Notes: generated by a model from the sequence alone, not told the origin. A stretch of 32,000 nucleotides of DNA from Pyrobaculum aerophilum str. IM2 (GCF_000007225.1 NC_003364.1:1920001-1952000), one strand, 5' to 3'. Shown: positions 9,123 to 17,684, counted from the first letter of the stretch. Program-made: numbers and translations.

Positions 9123-10181
9123 CTATTTGCCTTGGACATTGCCGGCCGGCCTCCCCTCTCTCCACTTGTCCACTGCGTCTCTCAGGGCCTTAAAGCGACG
9201 CAGGGCGTCTAAGTCGCTGGAGAAAAGATGCGCATAGCCCTTCTTTGCCCTCCCAGTCAGTGCCTTCAACGCGGCGGCCTTGACCGTTAACCGCGCTGTT
9301 TCGAAGTAATACAAGACCGTCTCTTCGCCTTTCTTCTCCCGCTTCTTCCAGCAACATTTCATCTTTCGTCGCCTCTTTTCACCACCCGCCTCGCACTCCG
9401 CGACAATGCGCAGGCGGCAGTCCTCACCGGCGCGCCGGTCCATGACCTTGCCGTTCTCCACCAACTCGTACCTCAAATCAACAACGCGGGCAATTAAGTT
9501 GCCCTTATCGTCGTAAACCGGCAACGGTAGCTCCAGTGCACCCTCTTCCCTCACCGGCGTAAGCACTTCAATCAGCTTTTTTACTGCGGCTTGGCCGTGC
9601 CTACGGCTTAGAACACCCTCCTGCCCCCTTATAAAGCGCTCCGCCTCTACACCGCCACTCAGCGCTATACGTTGAATTTCGCGGAGGCCCTCGGAGGTAA
9701 GGCGGATTACGTATTGTTTAGCGCTCTTCACCGTGAAGTGTTTGCCCTCCACCAGTCCAGCGGCTTTCAGCGCGTTTACAACCGCGTCTCTGCGCTCCTC
9801 TTTGACGACAATCTCTCGCCTTTTGTTCCTGGGAGTGTAGTGCTCGCCCTCTTTCAGCCCGCTCTGCGCAAGAGCCTTCACCGCTTTGGCGTAGGCCACT
9901 TTCGCAATACGGATTGCGTAACGTCCAGAGCCCCTTGTAGTAACAGTGAAGTGCTCTCCCTCCCTCAGTCCCCTGGCCCTTAATGCGTTTACAGCGGCGT
10001 TTTTAGAGGCCTCACTGCCCGGACGATACACAACCTCTATTATATTGCCTTTATAATAAACCGAGAACTCCACTCCTGCGAATTTAACAACGCTGGGCCT
10101 AGCAGTTATGGGCCGCTGTCTGTTTGTATCTAACGGCTCCCTCTTAACGGCGATGTTCTTGTAAACGCAGTCCTCGGCCAT
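9123..10181 (-). CDS. Internally repetitive protein, PaREP2-like (Pyrobaculum paralog family), possibly a decayed gene
   Basis: Three tandem repeats of about 35 aa: AVNALRARGLREGEHFTVTTR / AVKALAQSGLKEGEHYTPRNK / VVNALKAAGLVEGKHFTVKSA. Lys/Arg/Cys-rich C-terminal part. Family assignment is from memory, not from a search. Confidence 0.5.
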   Translation of the reverse strand: MAEDCVYKNIAVKREPLDTNRQRPITARPSVVKFAGVEFSVYYKGNIIEVVYRPGSEASKNAAVNALRARGLREGEHFTVTTRGSGRYAIRIAKVAYAKAVKALAQSGLKEGEHYTPRNKRREIVVKEERRDAVVNALKAAGLVEGKHFTVKSAKQYVIRLTSEGLREIQRIALSGGVEAERFIRGQEGVLSRRHGQAAVKKLIEVLTPVREEGALELPLPVYDDKGNLIARVVDLRYELVENGKVMDRRAGEDCRLRIVAECEAGGEKRRRKMKCCWKKREKKGEETVLYYFETARLTVKAAALKALTGRAKKGYAHLFSSDLDALRRFKALRDAVDKWREGRPAGNVQGK

Positions 10182-10220
10182 TGCAACAACTTTCTCCAGC
10201 TTCTTGAAAAAATTTTCTCA

Positions 10221-10394
10221 TTACGTCATAAGCCCAGTCAGCACAGTATTTCCCCTAATCACCTCGTTTGTAACAACTCTAAACGCGTCTGCGAAGTCGA
10301 CGAGAGCATCTCTCAGCCGTGCAGCCTTGGGAGCGTTGAAGCCTCGTTCATACCACCGCGCAGATTCGGCATGTCGTAGGGCTGTCTTGTACAA
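10221..10394 (-). pseudogene. 57-codon ORF fragment in the same frame as the downstream 352-aa ORF, separated from it by TAA-TGA
   Basis: My own translation is LYKTALRHAESARWYERGFNAPKAARLRDALVDFADAFRVVTNEVIRGNTVLTGLMT*. The only start is TTG, at 10394. The stop at 10223-10221 lies exactly 42 nt (14 codons) upstream of ATG 10181, in frame. Confidence 0.3.
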
Positions 10395-10450
10395 AAGGCT
10401 TTAACGGCCTTAACGCGGTGGTGACAGGCGGAGAGGCGGGGGGGCCAATA

Positions 10451-11137
10451 TCATGCCTTGTGTCTCTTGAAGAGCTCCACTAGCTCCTCAAGCGTCAATT
10501 GATACACGCGTTTCGTCGAGTCGGCGAGTTTCAGCCGCCGGAGTGTCTTCCTCCTCGCCGAGAAGAGCCACGCGCTGAATTTTTCAAACTCGTCGAAATT
10601 GTCTACGCACGGCGCCTTGGGCATGAGCCTCACCACAGCTGAGTAGACCTTGGGCGGAGGGTCAAACACATAGGGGGGCAACACGCGCAGTATCTCAACG
10701 TCGTAGAAACACTGTACAGCCACTGTAAGTCTCCCATAATCCTCAGAGCCAGGCCTCGCCACTAAGCGCTCGGCCACTTCTCGTTGAATTGTCAGCACTG
10801 CAGGTAGCCTGTGGCGAATTAGCTTAAAGAGCAGGGGCGAAGTGATAGAGTAGGGCACATTAGAGACGAAAAAATCCGCGCGCGGCCACTCCACCTCCAG
10901 CGCGTCGCCTACGATTATGACCACGTTAGGAGGGGCTATGCCCCTTAGGCGCTCCGCCAGGGCTTTATCAATCTCTATGGCGTATACTGTCTTAGATCTC
11001 TTGGCCAGGGGTATTGTCAACGCCCCGGCGCCCGGTCCCACCTCAATTACATCTAAGCCGCTTGGCACAAGGCCAGCTATGTACTCAGCCACTGAGGGAT
11101 CGCGTAAAAAGTGCTGCGCCAAGCGCCGCCTCTTCAC
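10451..11137 (-). CDS. rsmA: 16S rRNA (adenine1518/1519-N6)-dimethyltransferase KsgA/Dim1
   Basis: LAQHFL start, motif I VIEVGPGAGALT, SNVPYSITSPL motif. GTG start. Confidence 0.9.
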   Translation of the reverse strand: MKRRRLAQHFLRDPSVAEYIAGLVPSGLDVIEVGPGAGALTIPLAKRSKTVYAIEIDKALAERLRGIAPPNVVIIVGDALEVEWPRADFFVSNVPYSITSPLLFKLIRHRLPAVLTIQREVAERLVARPGSEDYGRLTVAVQCFYDVEILRVLPPYVFDPPPKVYSAVVRLMPKAPCVDNFDEFEKFSAWLFSARRKTLRRLKLADSTKRVYQLTLEELVELFKRHKA

Positions 11138-11169
11138 GACATATTTAAATCTCGTATTTATACTACATT

Positions 11170-12996
11170 GTGGACTACAAGGCGCTTGGCTTAAAAACCG
11201 GGCTTGAAATCCATATCCAGCTGAACACTCAAAGGAAGCTCTTCTGCCACTGTCCCCCCGTGCTGAGAGACGACGAGCCGCACTTCAGAGTGGAGAGGAG
11301 ATTGCACATATCGGTCAGCGAGTTGGGGGCTGTGGACCCCGCCGTGGTGTGGGAGGTGAGGAAGAGGAGGAAGTACATATACGAGGGGTACCGGGATACC
11401 ACGTGTTTAGTAGAGCTTGACGAGGAGCCCCCCCACCTCCCCGACGAAGAGGCGTTAGTCACGGCCGTGGCCGTGGCTAAAATGTTCAACGCCAAGTTAT
11501 TCGACGAGATATACGTAATGAGAAAGACCGTGGTTGACGGGTCTAATGTCTCCGGCTTTCAGCGCACAATGCTCATCGCCTACGGCGGCAGGGCCAAAAT
11601 CTTAGGGTATGATATCGGCGTGGAGACCATTGCCCTTGAGGAGGACGCGGCTAGGAAGATCTCTGAGGAGGGCAAGGCAATGGTGTACAGGCTTGATAGG
11701 CTCGGCATTCCGCTTATTGAAATAGCGACAGAGCCCATGGCATATACGCCTCAGGAAGTGGAGGAAGTGGCGTGGATAATTGGCTACAGCGTTAAAATAA
11801 CTGGCAGGGCCAAAAGAGGCGTAGGCACAGTGAGGCAAGACGTCAACGTGTCTATAGCAGGCGGCGCCAAAACGGAGATAAAGGGCGTGCCCGATCTCTC
11901 CCTAATTCCAAAGGTTATAGAATACGAGGCTGTTAGGCAGGTAAACCTATTGAAAATCGCTGAAGAGTTAAAGAGGAGGGGGGTAGGCAGAGTGGAGCTC
12001 TCCGTGGCCGACGTCACTGCCGCTTTTGCGAACACAAAGTCAAGGCTTGTGAGAAAAGTGCTTGACTCAGGAGGGCGCGTGCTTGCGCTGAAGACGCCGG
12101 GATTTCAGAAACTTCTGGGCTTTGAAATACAGCCCGGCCGCCGCTTTGGCTCAGAGCTGGCTGATTACGTCAGGGCGTGGACAGAGCTCGGCGGGTTGTT
12201 ACACAGCGACGAGCTCCCAGGCTACGGCATCACCGCCGAGGAGGTTAGAGAGGTGGCAAACAGGCTGGGAGTGGAGAGCTTTATACTACTTATGGGGGTG
12301 GAGGAATCGGAGCTCTTAGAGGCGGCACAAGTAGTAGTAGAGAGGTTAAACATGGCGCCCAAGGGCGTGCCCGAGGAGACGAGGGCTGCCAACCCGGACG
12401 GCACTACGAGATTTCTCCGGCCGCGGCCAGGGGCGGCAAGAATGTACCCCGAGACTGACCTGCCGCCCGTCAAAATCACGTTTGAAATTATGAAGAGGGC
12501 TGAGGAGGTGGCTAAGATAAACCTCGACGCGAAATTTAAAGAACTGATTTCACTGGGCTTGAGCAAAGACTTGGCGTTACAATTAATAAAGTCCCCCCAC
12601 CTAGAGAAATTCGAAGAGTATTTAGACAAATTCAGATCCGTGCCGCCTCAATTAATAGCGTCAATCCTCCTCAATATATCAAAGGCCCTTGCACGTGAAG
12701 GCGTTGAGATAGACGGCGCAAAAATCGAATCGGTGCTAGACGCATTAAATAGAAGAGTTATTACAAAAGAGGCCGTGGAGGAGATATTGAGAAATATGAG
12801 GCCCGGCGAGTCTGCCGAGGAGGTTGCAAGGCGGTTGGGCCTCGTGAGGCTTCCCTACGAGGAAGTTAAGAAAATCGTAGAGGAAGTGAGCCGCCAGACG
12901 GCAAAGGAGAAAATTATAGGCGAGGTAATGAGGCGTTACAGAGGCAGAGTTGATATTGAAGACGTCAAACGCGCGCTGGCTGAAATAGCGTCCTAG
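11170..12996 (+). CDS. gatE: Glutamyl-tRNA(Gln) amidotransferase subunit E
   Basis: 608 aa. N-terminus GLKTGLEIHIQLNT.RKLFCHCP, a GatB/E core, and a C-terminal YqeY-like tail. GTG start about 25 nt downstream of TATA-like sequences in the 32-nt divergent spacer. Confidence 0.9.
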   Translation: MDYKALGLKTGLEIHIQLNTQRKLFCHCPPVLRDDEPHFRVERRLHISVSELGAVDPAVVWEVRKRRKYIYEGYRDTTCLVELDEEPPHLPDEEALVTAVAVAKMFNAKLFDEIYVMRKTVVDGSNVSGFQRTMLIAYGGRAKILGYDIGVETIALEEDAARKISEEGKAMVYRLDRLGIPLIEIATEPMAYTPQEVEEVAWIIGYSVKITGRAKRGVGTVRQDVNVSIAGGAKTEIKGVPDLSLIPKVIEYEAVRQVNLLKIAEELKRRGVGRVELSVADVTAAFANTKSRLVRKVLDSGGRVLALKTPGFQKLLGFEIQPGRRFGSELADYVRAWTELGGLLHSDELPGYGITAEEVREVANRLGVESFILLMGVEESELLEAAQVVVERLNMAPKGVPEETRAANPDGTTRFLRPRPGAARMYPETDLPPVKITFEIMKRAEEVAKINLDAKFKELISLGLSKDLALQLIKSPHLEKFEEYLDKFRSVPPQLIASILLNISKALAREGVEIDGAKIESVLDALNRRVITKEAVEEILRNMRPGESAEEVARRLGLVRLPYEEVKKIVEEVSRQTAKEKIIGEVMRRYRGRVDIEDVKRALAEIAS

Positions 12997-13216
12997 AGGC
13001 ATTTCGCGAACTCGCGTGGCATTTCCGACGCAATGCCTCAAGTACTAGAACCGCGGAGAGCATATTTGCCACAGTATTTTAAGGGTTCCCGTAGCGCGAG
13101 GAGATACGGAATAAAGAGCGAAGTGTTTTAGCGCTCTTGAGGGCTAAGGCCGGAGAACCCCACTCGGCGTGGTATTATGGGAGAAGAGTTAAAAAAGATT
13201 TGTGTCTTAAAGCAAC

Positions 13217-13471
13217 ATGCCAAGGCCGGCATACCGCTCTAGAAGCGTTAGGAGAATTAAGGTTAAAACGCCAGGCGGGCGAACTGTTATACACTACGAG
13301 AAAAGGGCAAAGGGCGTGCCCAAATGCCCCATTACTGGTTTGCCAATTGGCGGGATGAACAAAAAAGTGTATAGATTTGGGATTAAGATAAGAGCGCCAA
13401 GCAGGCCGTACGGAGGAGTATATTCGCATAAAGTCTTGGCCCGCGCCTTAAGACTTGCTGTGAGGAAGTAA
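13217..13471 (+). CDS. rpl34e: 50S ribosomal protein L34e
   Basis: [22 protein letters not shown]...CPITG signature. TATA-like TTAAAAAAG lies about 30 nt upstream. Confidence 0.9.
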   Translation: MPRPAYRSRSVRRIKVKTPGGRTVIHYEKRAKGVPKCPITGLPIGGMNKKVYRFGIKIRAPSRPYGGVYSHKVLARALRLAVRK

Positions 13472-13476
13472 GCATA

Positions 13477-14031
13477 ATGGTTGTTATTGCAGTTTCAGGA
13501 CAGCCGGGTAGCGGTAAGACTACTATCGCCAGGGAGATAGCCAGAGTTTTGGGACTGCCGTTGGTTTCCTCTGGGCTACTTTTCAGAGAGATGGCGGCGA
13601 GAATGGGGATGGATTTTATAGAATTTCACAAATACGCAGAGACTAATCCTGATATAGACAAAAAAGTGGACTCTCTGGCTATTGAGCGCGCCAAGGCTGG
13701 AGATGTAGTGCTGGAGGGGCATTTGACTGCGTGGATAGTGAGGCCCTACGCCGATGTTTGTATTTATCTCAAGGCCTCTTTGGAGACGCGGGCAAGGCGC
13801 GTGGCGTTGAGAGACGGAAAAAGCCTCCAAGACGCGCTGAGAGAAGTGGCCGAGAGGGAGGAGCTTAACAGAAGGCGTTATTTATCTATATATGGCATAG
13901 ATATTAACGACCTCTCGATTTTTGACCTCGTACTTGACACCTCACATTTATCAGTAAACGACGCAGTGAGAATAAGTCTAGATTACACTTGTACATCCTT
14001 AAGTTTTAAATACTCCCGGAAAATCTGTTGA
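13477..14031 (+). CDS. cmk: Cytidylate kinase, archaeal type
   Basis: P-loop VSGQPGSGKTT. Sits in the conserved L34e-cmk arrangement, 5 nt after the L34e stop. Confidence 0.85.
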   Translation: MVVIAVSGQPGSGKTTIAREIARVLGLPLVSSGLLFREMAARMGMDFIEFHKYAETNPDIDKKVDSLAIERAKAGDVVLEGHLTAWIVRPYADVCIYLKASLETRARRVALRDGKSLQDALREVAEREELNRRRYLSIYGIDINDLSIFDLVLDTSHLSVNDAVRISLDYTCTSLSFKYSRKIC

Positions 14032-14084
14032 TATTCGACAAGGGACTGTAGGTTTGTATAAAAATCCCTTTGAACGCGCCTACC

Positions 14085-15128
14085 ATGAAGTTCTTATTGA
14101 GATGCAAGCCTGACACTAAAAAACCGCCTACTGGGAAGAAAGTGGCTATAATCGGCGCCGGGCCTGCTGGATTAGGCGCGGCGGGGATTTTATTATGCAA
14201 CGGCCACGAGGTTCACATTTATGACGCGTTGCCCGAGCCAGGCGGCTTGTTAATGTTCGGAATACCGCCTTTTAGAATACCAAGAGAGAACGTGAGAGAG
14301 GGCATAAGGGAATTGGTTGACGCCGGCGCTAAGTTTTTCACCTCTACGTTTGTATACTGCGGTGAGAAGCCGCATGAACACGAGGCGTTACTCCTCGCCA
14401 AGGACTATGTAAGTTTAGAGGAGTTGGTGGGCAAATACGACGCAGTTATAATAACAACGGGGACGTGGAAGAGCAGATCTCTCGGCGTGCCCGGCGAGAA
14501 CCTCCCCGGCGTCTATAAGGCGTTGGACTACTTGTTCAGAATATACGCCCACCAGCTGGGATATCTGCCTAAGGAAAAGGTCTACCCCACTGGGAGGAAG
14601 GTGCTCGTGGTGGGGGCCGGCCTTACCGCAGTTGACGCGGCTTTAGAGGCGAGAGAGCAAGGCGCGGAGAAAATAATAGTGGCTTATAGGCGCACTATAA
14701 ACGAGGCCCCCGCAGGCCGAAAGACAATCGAGACGGAGCTCATCGCCAAGGGGATTGAGTTCAGAGAGCTCATTAATCCAGTCGCCTTCCTGGGAAGGGA
14801 TAGAGTGGAGCGAGTGAGGTTCGTGAAAATGAGGCTAGGCCCCCCGGACAAGTCGGGCAGGCCCGCCCCAGAGCCAATACCCGGCAGCGAATTTGAGGAG
14901 GAGTTCGTCACAGTGCTGATAGCCGCTGGCGAAATAGCAACTCCGCCGGGTAAATGTCTAGGCATGGAGCTCAATCCCGACGGCACGATTAAAGTAAATG
15001 AAAAAATGATGACAACACGCCGTGGGGTGTTTGCCGCCGGCGACGTGGTGACAGGCCCCTCGTTAATAGGAAAAGCCCTTGGTTCTGGGATGAGGGCAGC
15101 CCAATTCGTAGACGAGTTCTTGAGGTAA
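14085..15128 (+). CDS. GltD-like FAD/NAD(P)H-dependent oxidoreductase (glutamate synthase small-subunit family, lacking the N-terminal Fe-S region)
   Basis: Two dinucleotide folds (VAIIGAGPAGLGAA; VLVVGAGLTAVDAA), then PEPGGLLMFGIPPFRIP and FAAGDVVTG. I prefer ATG 14085 over TTG 14070 because TATA TTTGTATAAAAATCC lies about 25 nt upstream. Confidence 0.75.
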   Translation: MKFLLRCKPDTKKPPTGKKVAIIGAGPAGLGAAGILLCNGHEVHIYDALPEPGGLLMFGIPPFRIPRENVREGIRELVDAGAKFFTSTFVYCGEKPHEHEALLLAKDYVSLEELVGKYDAVIITTGTWKSRSLGVPGENLPGVYKALDYLFRIYAHQLGYLPKEKVYPTGRKVLVVGAGLTAVDAALEAREQGAEKIIVAYRRTINEAPAGRKTIETELIAKGIEFRELINPVAFLGRDRVERVRFVKMRLGPPDKSGRPAPEPIPGSEFEEEFVTVLIAAGEIATPPGKCLGMELNPDGTIKVNEKMMTTRRGVFAAGDVVTGPSLIGKALGSGMRAAQFVDEFLR

Positions 15129-15140
15129 TTACCTCTTTTT
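15122..15140. terminator. Perfect 14-nt palindrome GAGGTAATTACCTC containing both stop codons of a convergent gene pair, followed by T5
   Basis: Read directly. TAA (15126-15128, + gene) and TTA (15129-15131, - gene) form the palindrome centre. TTTTT lies at 15136-15140. Confidence 0.35.
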
Positions 15141-15836
15141 CGCGATAACCATCGCGTGGGCGGTGTCGTACGGCTCGAGGTGCACAGTTTCTAATATGTC
15201 AAATCCCCTCTCTTTTAACGTGTTTATTTCTTGTTTAAACGTCTCTGTAGCCGGCGCGGTTACGTCTATACTCATCGCCTTAATTACTAACATGACGTGG
15301 CCTCCTGGCTTGAGGAAGTAGTCGGCGTTATCCGCAAGTATCTTCGCCTGCGCTGGCTGTGCCACGTCTATATAGACAACATCTACTCCTTTTACATAGT
15401 GCGCGTATTGATATGGAAATCTCGCATCGCCTAGAATTGGCACTACGTTTCTCCGCCCCTGGTCCACCAGCTTCTCCATAAACTCCCTGAACACGCGCGG
15501 CGAAAACTCCACTGAGTATATCAGCCCGTTTTCCCCAACTATATCGCTTATATGGCTTGGAGTAGTCCCGGAGGCTGCGCCTAGGTATAAGATATGCGTC
15601 CCCTCTTTGATGGGCACTAGTTTAAGCCCGTTTAATATTGCGGCGGCTAGTTTAGATCTGTAGGGGTTCCACTCCCGGTACTCATCGCCGCCCCATTTTA
15701 TCAGCCTCTCGCCGTAAACCCTCCTGCCGGGAGTGAGGTTTTTCGTGGCTATACGCTCAGTCCCGTCCTCAAATTTCACTACGTAGACTCCATAGTGCCG
15801 CTCGTGTGGCTTAACCTCGACCACTTCTATGGACAT
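15129..15836 (-). CDS. flpA: Fibrillarin (C/D box sRNP 2'-O-methyltransferase)
   Basis: [21 protein letters not shown] and [20 protein letters not shown] motifs. 235 aa. Confidence 0.95.
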   Translation of the reverse strand: MSIEVVEVKPHERHYGVYVVKFEDGTERIATKNLTPGRRVYGERLIKWGGDEYREWNPYRSKLAAAILNGLKLVPIKEGTHILYLGAASGTTPSHISDIVGENGLIYSVEFSPRVFREFMEKLVDQGRRNVVPILGDARFPYQYAHYVKGVDVVYIDVAQPAQAKILADNADYFLKPGGHVMLVIKAMSIDVTAPATETFKQEINTLKERGFDILETVHLEPYDTAHAMVIAKKR

Positions 15837-15855
15837 CGCCTATTTCTAACACCTC

Positions 15856-15865
15856 TATTTATATA
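15856..15865 (-). promoter_or_regulatory. TATA box (TATATAAATA on the minus strand) for fibrillarin
   Basis: Centred about 24 nt upstream of ATG 15836, implying an own, leaderless promoter. Confidence 0.5.
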
Positions 15866-16063
15866 CTTTGAGCAGGCCCAGTCGCCGGGGAGCGAACGGC
15901 GAGCCATGGCCCTCTTAACAGCGAGGAGGTAATTGAGGGCTTTAGTCTACTCCGCATTGCGCCAGTGGGGGGCAATGATTATAGCTTGCTTAGCGGGTGT
16001 TAAAAGGCAGGAGGCGGTAATTTACGCAGTTACAGAACAGCGCCTCCCGATAGCTTTGTTGTT

Positions 16064-17329
16064 TTACCTCCTTCCCCTTTCCCTCCTCGGAGGCGGCCTC
16101 CTCTCGCCCCCTCTTGGCGGCGGCGGTGGAGGAGGTGGCGCCCTGGCGCTTGGCTGTGCAGGGGCTTTGGGAGGCGGCTTTGCGTATAACGTCTTTATCT
16201 CCTGTATTCTTTTCATTAACTCCTCTTTTAGCCTCGGCGCTATGAAGTTGCCAGTGAAGGCATCTGCCTTGGCGGCAATTGCCAACTTAGCCGCAAGGGC
16301 TCTGGCGATTTTCCCCCTCTGCCAGCGGGGAGAGCGGAATATCTCGGGGTATTGGAATATTACGCCGTGTTTAGGCGGCTTTCCGCCCGTCCTCAACGCT
16401 CTGAACAACGCCTTTTCCGCCCCCAGGACTTGTATTGTCGACGCTGGGAGGAAGGCCATTCTAGTAAGGCCTCCGGCCAGTTTTATCAGCCTAGCCCCGA
16501 GCAGAGGCCCTACTAACTCCCTGACGTTAGGCGCCACCTCTTTCATGGCCTCGTCGATATACGTAGCCAGTTTCTCCCTGTAGGAATCAAGCCTTAAGAA
16601 TATGTCGGCATATGCCCTCAGCTGATCTAAATCCCATTCTGACATCTCCGCCCCTATGCTTTTCTTAGCCGACTCTACTATTTTCTTAGCCCTGTCGTCG
16701 GGGATGTTGGCAACGGCCTTTTTCAAAGAGTCCTCAGTTATTCTCGACCTATGGCCCAAGTGGTAGACTATAGAGACGTATTCCCTATTGTCTCTCACCA
16801 ACTCCTCTAGCTCTGGGAAGTGAAGACCGTACCACTCCCTTATTCTCGACGCTATTAGATTTAAGATTTTGTCCACATCGTCAAGTGCGCTGATGGCCTG
16901 GGCGATGAACAAATCTCTTCTCTCCACCGCCTGTCTCAGTTTTAAACGGGTGATTAAATCGCTTACGTCAAATAACAACTTCCTATACTCCTCCCAGGTC
17001 AGCCCTAGTGAGGGGAGGTATTTTTCAAAATTCTGCCTAAACGCCACTAATACGGGAGATGGGCTCTCGCCGACTATCTCAACTCCCCTAACAACAGATA
17101 CGAGCTTGCGGGCTAGCTCTGGGTCTTCTAGTACAATTTTATCGCCCTTGGCCTTGACTCTTTCAATAAGGGCCACAAGCTCCGGGACGTAATTGGACTT
17201 CTCCAACTCTATAAGTCTAGAGGCTATTAAATCAAGCTTTCTCTCATATAGCTCTTTGTCCACAATGTTATTCGCCTCATCAACGGCGAAGAAGCCCAGG
17301 ACGTCCGTCGCTATATATATTTTCGCCAT
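16064..17329 (-). CDS. nop5: Nop5 (Nop56/58 homologue, C/D sRNP core protein) with a Pro/Arg-rich C-terminal tail
   Basis: NOSIC/Nop domain (LGAEKALFRALRTGGKPPKHGVIFQ). The tail is KPPPKAPAQPSARAPPPPPPPPRGGERRPPPRRERGRR. Confidence 0.95.
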   Translation of the reverse strand: MAKIYIATDVLGFFAVDEANNIVDKELYERKLDLIASRLIELEKSNYVPELVALIERVKAKGDKIVLEDPELARKLVSVVRGVEIVGESPSPVLVAFRQNFEKYLPSLGLTWEEYRKLLFDVSDLITRLKLRQAVERRDLFIAQAISALDDVDKILNLIASRIREWYGLHFPELEELVRDNREYVSIVYHLGHRSRITEDSLKKAVANIPDDRAKKIVESAKKSIGAEMSEWDLDQLRAYADIFLRLDSYREKLATYIDEAMKEVAPNVRELVGPLLGARLIKLAGGLTRMAFLPASTIQVLGAEKALFRALRTGGKPPKHGVIFQYPEIFRSPRWQRGKIARALAAKLAIAAKADAFTGNFIAPRLKEELMKRIQEIKTLYAKPPPKAPAQPSARAPPPPPPPPRGGERRPPPRRERGRR

Positions 17330-17684
17330 CGTTGCCTTTAAAAAAGATCCTTAAAAATGTATCTGCAAACTAATAAAGCATAGATCCCCGGCACCTGAGG
17401 GCCTAGTGGTGAGGGGCTCAACATAAACAACCTGGAGAAGTCTACGTCGGCTCTACAAAGGCTACACTGGCTTAAAGACGCCTACGGGAATATGCCGCTA
17501 TTGAAGTGAATTCGGCTTTAACCGGCGGGGCGGCCAGTTGCCTTTTAACAGTGGTCATTGCTATGCGAAGTTCAATCATTATTAATACCCTCACGGCGGG
17601 ATAGTAAGACTGTGGCGATTTGAAAACGGAGGCAACAGTGTCTTGGCGTGTAAAAAGTTATAAAACCCGACTGTAATAAACCTG

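Noticed and set aside
10204-10404. 66-aa ORF (+) between the PaREP2-like gene and ksgA.
   Set aside because: It starts with TTG and has Ser/Thr/Ala-rich composition. The opposite strand carries a more protein-like frame that continues in frame into the 352-aa ORF.
13033-13131. 32-codon ORF MPQVLEPRRAYLPQYFKGSRSARRYGIKSEVF in the gatE-L34e spacer, as a possible small basic protein.
   Set aside because: There is no promoter at leaderless distance and no recognisable family. It starts inside the hairpin arm. It cannot be supported.
13137-13358. 73-aa ORF (+) and 84-aa ORF (13175-13429, -) overlapping the L34e gene.
   Set aside because: L34e in the third frame is unambiguous. The alternatives have no motif support.
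15933-16583. Long ORFs antisense to real genes. Examples: 15933-16583 (+) opposite nop5, 25791-26225 (+) opposite acdB, 28438-28845 (+) opposite the mini-MscS, 29866-30273 (+) opposite the NTPase, 12222-12629 (-) opposite gatE, and 9672-9983 (+).
   Set aside because: Their translations are low-complexity (Ala/Gly/Pro/Ser/Arg-rich) with no motifs. They mirror strongly supported genes on the other strand, which is the typical shadow-ORF artefact in GC-rich coding DNA.
17433-17519. RNase P RNA (type T) call based on a CR-I-like GGAGAAGUCU and CR-V-like ACACUGGCUUA / GAAUUCGGCUUUA.
   Set aside because: P4-strand motifs are short and self-complementary in nature. The first pair is only about 24 nt apart, and I could not build P1/P2/P3 around either pairing. 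It is kept only as a test to run (see the finding at 17330-17684), not as a feature.
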